Assembly (NCBI RefSeq): GCF_000012545.1
Contig: NC_007681.1
Coordinates: 660,001-692,000 of the forward strand
Reading direction: 5' to 3'
Source: Methanosphaera stadtmanae DSM 3091
GTDB lineage: Archaea > Methanobacteriota > Methanobacteria > Methanobacteriales > Methanobacteriaceae
Length of the DNA: 32,000 bases
A program made the position numbers and the translations under genes. Position 1 is the stretch's first letter, and each line of letters begins with the position of its first letter. Positions 20,804 through 28,000 of this stretch are shown here, piece by piece. The notes under the pieces were generated by a model. It worked only from the letters and a program-made list of their open reading frames with translations. It was not told where the DNA came from and made no database searches.

Positions 20804-21358
20804 TTGATTATTATGATGATTATAATTACAGGTACTCCAGGTACAGGTAAAACTACTGTAACAAAAATATTAAAGAATAAAATTAATGCTAAATTAATTA
20901 GTATTAATAGTTTACTTGAGAGTTATGATTTAACTTTAGGTACTGATGAAGTACGAGGATATAAAATAGTTGATACTATTGAAATGATTCCTATTGTTAA
21001 TAAAATCAGAAAAGAATGTGGTGATAATCTTCTTATATTTGAAGGACATTTAGCACAAGACTATCCAAGTAGTGATATGGTTGTTGTTTTAAGATGTAAT
21101 CCTGATATTCTTAAAAAACGATTAGATAGTCGTAATTGGCCTGAAAAAAAGGTTAAAGAGAATGTTAGTGCTGAGATTTTAGGTGTTTGTACAAGTGAAA
21201 GTTATGAAACTTATGGAGATATTGTTCAAGAAGTGGAAACATCTAATTTAACACCAGATGAGGTTGCAGATATATTGATAGATATCATTAATAAAAAGAT
21301 AGAATATCCTTTAGGTATTATTGATTATCTTGGAGATTACTTCACATATCTTGATTAA
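20804..21358 (+). CDS. Fap7 / adenylate kinase isoenzyme-6-like NTPase (small-subunit rRNA maturation factor family)
   Basis: 184 aa with an immediate N-terminal P-loop 'IIITGTPGTGKTTV', plus 'FEGHLAQ' and 'VVVLRCNPDILKKRLDSR', typical of archaeal Fap7-type kinases. The ORF opens at TTG 20804, but the ATG at 20813 is the more likely start. Confidence 0.7.
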   Translation: MIIMMIIITGTPGTGKTTVTKILKNKINAKLISINSLLESYDLTLGTDEVRGYKIVDTIEMIPIVNKIRKECGDNLLIFEGHLAQDYPSSDMVVVLRCNPDILKKRLDSRNWPEKKVKENVSAEILGVCTSESYETYGDIVQEVETSNLTPDEVADILIDIINKKIEYPLGIIDYLGDYFTYLD

Positions 21359-21578
21359 TTTTTTATTTTTTTAATAATATTACTTTTTTTAAAATGATTC
21401 TGGACGTTTCATGTTCAAATAATATTTATTTGCTGAATATTACGTGTATCTTTCTTTTATTTATATAAATAATTCCTTATTTTTCTTTATTTAACTTTAA
21501 ACTATGATAATTTAAATGTGGGTTTAATAACTAATTAATAAATTAACCTCAGATTAAAATAATATTTTTATTGAATTT

Positions 21579-21681
21579 AAAAGTTTAAATAATTTTTTAT
21601 TGTATTGTTATATAAATTTAGGGGGGGGGTGATGTGACACATGATCCTAAAACTTTAAATAAGTATTTATTGTATTGTTAT
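21579..21681 (+). promoter_or_regulatory. duplicated BRE/TATA-like element: two 33-nt imperfect direct repeats 70 bp apart
   Basis: 21579-21611 'aaaagtttaaataattttttattgtattgttat' versus 21649-21681 'aaaactttaaataagtatttattgtattgttat' (3 mismatches). Each copy carries an A-rich stretch plus 'tttaaata', matching the archaeal TATA consensus TTTAWATA. Confidence 0.35.
21621..21629. repeat. G9 homopolymer tract
   Basis: Nine consecutive G between the two repeat copies, followed by the small palindrome 'atgtgacacat'. It is the only long G/C homopolymer I see in the window. Confidence 0.9.
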
Positions 21682-22038
21682 GTATTAGTTTTTTAAAAAA
21701 TTTCCTTAAAATGATTTTAAAATAGTAATGTTTAATAATGATAAATAATAAAATATGTTGAAAGAAGATTTAAGTCTATTTTAAATTCAAATTATTTAAA
21801 TTTAAGTAATATTTAACTTTACAAATAAAAGTTTTAAATAGAAATTAAATAATCTTCTTTATTTAATTAATAAAATAGTAGTTGAGAATTAAGAATATTT
21901 AAAAATATTCTATTTATTTAATATGGGTGAAAAATAAAATTTTTTTAAATCAAACAGGATAAACTTCATAAATAATTATGAAATAAGGATAATCAAATGA
22001 AAGTAGAGATAAAAATAAGATTATAAATTGGTGAAACT

Positions 22039-25000
22039 ATGCATAAAAATAGAATAGTGTGTATATTTATTATGTTATTAGTTTTATTAATTGGATTAAG
22101 TTGCGCTGTAGCAACAGATACTTCTAAAGATATTTCAGAGTTAGAAGTAAAAAAACAAGATATTGATACAAATATAAATGCTCTAAAAGAATCAAATGTT
22201 GATAAAATAGTAAATCAAAAAGAAATAATAGGAAAAATGCAGAATACACAAATTGATAAAATAAAAGCTAAAGAAACTACGAAAAACACAATAACAAAGA
22301 AAGAACCAACAATAAGTAGCACTGAAAAATCAACAACAGATGATGACACTCAAGAAGCATCAAATCATGATGCAAAGTCTAATAAAAAATCAAACACTGA
22401 TTCATCAACATTAGTACCTCTTGAAGATCACGAGGAAGTATCTTATGATAAAAATACAGTATCAAATGAAGTAAATATTAATCCAAAAGTAACTAATAAC
22501 ATAAAAGACAGTACATTTAATTTAAAAAATATTGAAGAACCATATAAAAATGTTTCAAGTTTAAATCAAATAAACACCAATGGAACATTTAATTTAACAA
22601 GTGATACCTCTGGACAATTAACATTATCTGATGGAAATACTACAATATATGGAAATAACCATAAGATAATACCAAATAATCCAAATCAATACTTTGTAAC
22701 AATTAATGCAGGACAAAAACTTACATTGAAAAATATAGTTATAGATAGTAATTCTGAATTTTCCAGTGATTGGCTATACAGACCTGCAATAATAGTTAAT
22801 GCTGGTGGAGAATTAATATTAGATAACTGTACAATATCAAGAACAATTCAAGCTATTAAATCAGAAGGTAATGTTACAATATTAAATAGTAACATAAATA
22901 ACAATGGTAGAATTGCTCATGGTGCTACAATAGAGATAAAAGGAAATTCAAATGTTTATATAGAAAAGTCACGTTTATCTAATAACCAATATTGTGGAAT
23001 TAATGTAGCAAGTAATCAAGCAAAAGTACTATTAAATCAAACAGAACTAAGTGGATCTATAGAAATGCACGTATATCTGGGAAATATATCATTATACAAT
23101 GTTACATATGATGGTACACAGATAACTGATGAAAACAAAGTAAGTAACAATGGAATTCAAGATACTCAAGATAAAACTAATAAAAAAAATATAATTATTC
23201 TTGAAGACAGTATGATTTCCATAGATCATGCACAGAAAATATTAAATTCAACAACAATGACAATAAATGGAAGACTCACAAGTGGAAATACATATCTTCC
23301 AAATCAAACACTGAAAGTATATGTTGATGATGTATTAATTGGAGAAGTTACTACAAATGATAATGGATATTATACTATATCCTACACTGCAGAAGAAGTT
23401 GGTAATCATAACATAAAAGTAACCTATGATGGAAATTACAAATATCTTCCATCTGAAGCTAAATCATCATTCGAAGTATATAAAATAGATACAAATATCA
23501 TAATTAACAACATCAATGATGAACTATTTGATAAACTTGCAAATATCACAGGAACACTTACAAATGCCAATGACGAAGTCATATCCAATGCTAAAGTAAT
23601 AGTTACAATTAATGGTAATCAAAAGATTTTAATAACAAACAGTACTGGTGGATTCACATATACTGGAGCTAAAGTTTTACTTGGTGATAATACAGTTACA
23701 GCATTATTTGAAGGAACAAGAACATACAATCCATCAGAAGATACAAAAACATTCACAGGTAAAAAACATGATACACAAATAACACTAAATCCAATAGAAA
23801 ATACACATATTGATGATTCTATTGAAATAAGTGGTATATTAACAGATGTGAATGGCACAGTACTTACAAATAAAAACATAATAATCACAATAGATAATCA
23901 ACAACACACCATAACAACAGATGATAATGGAAAATATAGGATAACACATACCATAACATCTTCTGGAGAAAAAACAGTACTAGTAACATATGATGGAGAC
24001 ACAGCATATAATCCAAGTAGTAATCAAACATCATTCAATGTACGTAAAATAAACACAACCATTTCACTAGATAATATAAGTGATAAAACAATAGACTCAA
24101 CTATTTGGATAAGTGGAATACTCAAAGATGAATTTGGAAACATACTACCAAATACTCAAGTAAGTATTTTAATAAATACACATAACATAACAACAACCAC
24201 AGATGTAAATGGAAAATATAATTACTCCTATACTACAACCACACTTGGAGAAAATAGGATAATGGTAGGATATATTGGCAATGATAAATATTCTTCTTCA
24301 TACAATGAAACATCATTCAATGTACATAGAATAAATACAAATCTATCCATTGACACAATTGATGATACAACTATTGGATCTGATATTACTATAAGTGGAA
24401 TACTCAAAGATGAATTTGGAAACTTACTAGCAAACAAAGAGATTATAATAACAATTGATGGTCAAGAATACACTGTAATCACTGATAATGATGGTAAATA
24501 CAACTACATATACACTACTAGCACTTTGGGTGAAAACATTGTTAATGTAAATTATCCTGGTGATAACAAGTACAGTCCTAGTAGTAATCAAACATCATTC
24601 AATGTACGTAGAATAAACACAAACCTATCCATTGACACAATTGATGATACAACTATCGAATCTGATATTACTATAAGTGGAATACTCAAAGATGAATTTG
24701 GAAACTTACTAGCAAACAAAGAGATTATAATAACAATTAATGGTCAAGAATATACCACAACCACTGATAATGATGGTAAATACAACTACACATACATGGT
24801 AAATACACTAGATCAAAACACTGTCATTGTAAATTATCTTGGTGATAACAAGTACAGTTCTAGTAATAATCAAACATCATTTAATGTTCGTAGAATAAAT
24901 ACAAATCTATCCATTGACACAATTGATGATACGACTATTGAATCTGATATTACTATAAGTGGAATACTCAAAGATGAATTTGGAAACTTACTAGCAAACA

Positions 25001-28000
25001 AAGAGATTATAATAACAATTAATGGTCAAGAATACACCACAACAACTGATAATGATGGTAAATACAACTACACATACAAAACAGAGATGACTGGATTACA
25101 TAACATAGAAGTTATATATGCTGGAGATACAACATACTTCCCATCAAATAATAAGACAACATTCAATGTTCGTAAAATAAATACAAATCTATCAATTAAT
25201 GATGTAAATGATACAACAATAGGACAAGAAATAGAAATAAGTGGAGTACTTACTGATGAATTTGGAAATACACTACCAAACACTTCCATTGTAATTATCA
25301 TCAATGGTCAAGAATATACCACAACCACTGATAATAATGGTAAATACAACTACAAATACACTACTAGCACTTTGGGTGAAAACATTGTTAGTGTAAATTA
25401 TCCTGGTGATAACAAGTACAGTCCTAGTAGTAATCAAACATCATTTAATGTTCGTAGAATAAATACAAATCTATCCATTGACACAATTGATGATACAACT
25501 ATTGGATCTGATATTACTATAAGTGGAATACTTAAAGATGAATTTGGAAACTTACTAGCAAACAAAGCGATTATAATAACAATTGATGGTCAAGAATACA
25601 CTGTAATCACTGATAATGATGGTAAATATAACTACATATACACTACTAGCACTTTGGGTGAAAATATTGTTAGTGTAAATTATCTTGGTGATAACAAGTA
25701 CAGTCCTAGTAGTAATCAAACATCATTCAATGTTCGTAGAATAAATACAAACCTATCCATTGACACAATTGATGATACAACTATTGGATCTGATATTACT
25801 ATAAAGGGTGTTCTTAGAGATGAATTTGGAATCTTACTCGCAGATAAAGAGATTATAATAACAATCAATGGTCAAGAATACGTCATAAACACTAATGCTG
25901 ATGGTAAATACAACTACATATACACTACTAGCACTTTGGGTGAAAATATTGTTAGTGTAAATTATCCTGGTAATAACAAATACAGTCCTAGTAGTAATCA
26001 AACATCGTTCAATGTACGTAAAATAAATACAAATCTATCCATTGATACAATTGATGATACAACTATTGGATCTGATATTACTATAAGTGGAATACTCAAA
26101 GATGAATTTGGAAACTTACTAGCAAACAAAGAGATTATAATAACAATTAATGGTCAAGAATATACCACAACAACTGATAATGATGGTAAATACAATTACA
26201 TATACAAAACAGAGATGACTGGGTTACATAACATAGAAGTTATATATGCTGGAGATACAACATACTTCCCATCAAATAATAAGACAACATTCAATGTACG
26301 TAAAATAAACACAAATCTATCAATTAATGATATAAATGATACAACAATAGGACAAGAAATAGAAATAAGTGGAGTACTTACTGATGAATTTGGAAATAAT
26401 GTTCCAAATGCAACAATTAAAATAATTGTAAATGGAAATCAACAAAACACTACAATTACAGATGCTGAAGGTAATTATAAAGTAATTATTAAGAATACTT
26501 TAGGATTAAACACTGTATTTGTAATATATGATGGAAATTACAAGTATTATCCATCAAATAATCAAACATCATTCAATACAACAACAAATACAATGATATC
26601 TATTAACAATATAGATGATACAACCATAGGTTCAATTATTAATATAGATGGAACATTGAAAGATGGTGAAGGAAACACACTATCAAATACAAATCTTATA
26701 ATAACAATCAATGGTCAAGAATACACTGTAATTACTGATAATGATGGTAAATATAACTACATATACACTACTAGTACTTTGGGTGAAAATATAGTAGAAG
26801 TAGCTTTCACTGGAAATACAACACATAAACCATCAAATAATCAAACATCATTCAATGTACGTAAAATAAATACAAATCTATCAATCAATGATATAGATAA
26901 CACTACAATTGGAAGGGATATTACTATTAGTGGTGTTCTTACTGGTGAATTTGGAAATAAATTGATAAACACTTCCATTGTAATTATTATTAATGGTCAA
27001 GAATACACTACAACAACTGATGATGATGGTAAATACAACTACATATATACTACTAGCACTTTGGGTGAAAACATTGTTAATGTAAATTATCCTGGTGATA
27101 ACAAGTACAGTCCTAGTAGTAATCAAACATCATTCAATGTACGTAAAATAAACACAAATCTATCTATTGATACAATTGATGATACAACTATTGGATCTGA
27201 TATTACTATTAGTGGTGTTCTTACTGATGAATTTGGAAACTTACTAGCAAATAAAGAGATTATAATAACAATCAATGGTCAAGAATATACCACAACCACT
27301 GATAATGATGGTAAATACAACTACACATACATGGTAAATACACTAGATCAAAACACTGTCATTGTAAATTATCTTGGTGATAACAAGTACAGTTCTAGTA
27401 ATAATCAAACATCATTTAATGTTCGTAAAATAAATACAAATCTATCAATTAATGATGTAAATGATACAACAATAGGACAAGAAATAGAAATAAGTGGAGT
27501 ACTTACTGATGAATTTGGAAATAATATTCCAAATGCAACAATTAAAATAATTGTAAATGGAAATCAACAAAACACTACAATTACAGATACTGAAGGTAAC
27601 TATAAAGTAATTATTAAGAATACTTTAGGATTAAACACTGTATTTGTAATATATGATGGAAATTACAAGTATTATCCATCAAATAATCAAACATCATTCA
27701 ATACAACAACAAATACAATGATATCTATTAACAACATAGATGATACAACTATAGGTTCAAGTATTAATATAAATGGAACATTGAAAGATGGTGAAGGAAA
27801 CACACTATCAAATACAAATCTTATAATAACAATCAATGGTCAAAAATACACTGTAATCACTGATAATGATGGTAAATATAACTACATATACACTACCATA
27901 ACATTGGGTGAAAACATAGTAGAAGTAGCTTTCACTGGAAATACAACACATAAATCATCAAATAATCAAACATCATTCAATGTACGTAAAATAAACACAA

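Noticed and set aside
21579-21681. The two 33-nt direct repeats as ends of a mobile element, a target-site duplication or a mini CRISPR array.
   Set aside because: There are only two copies, and the 37 nt between them (G9 plus 28 nt) is too short to encode anything. There are no inverted termini and no transposase or integrase nearby. A duplicated promoter-like element is the simpler reading.
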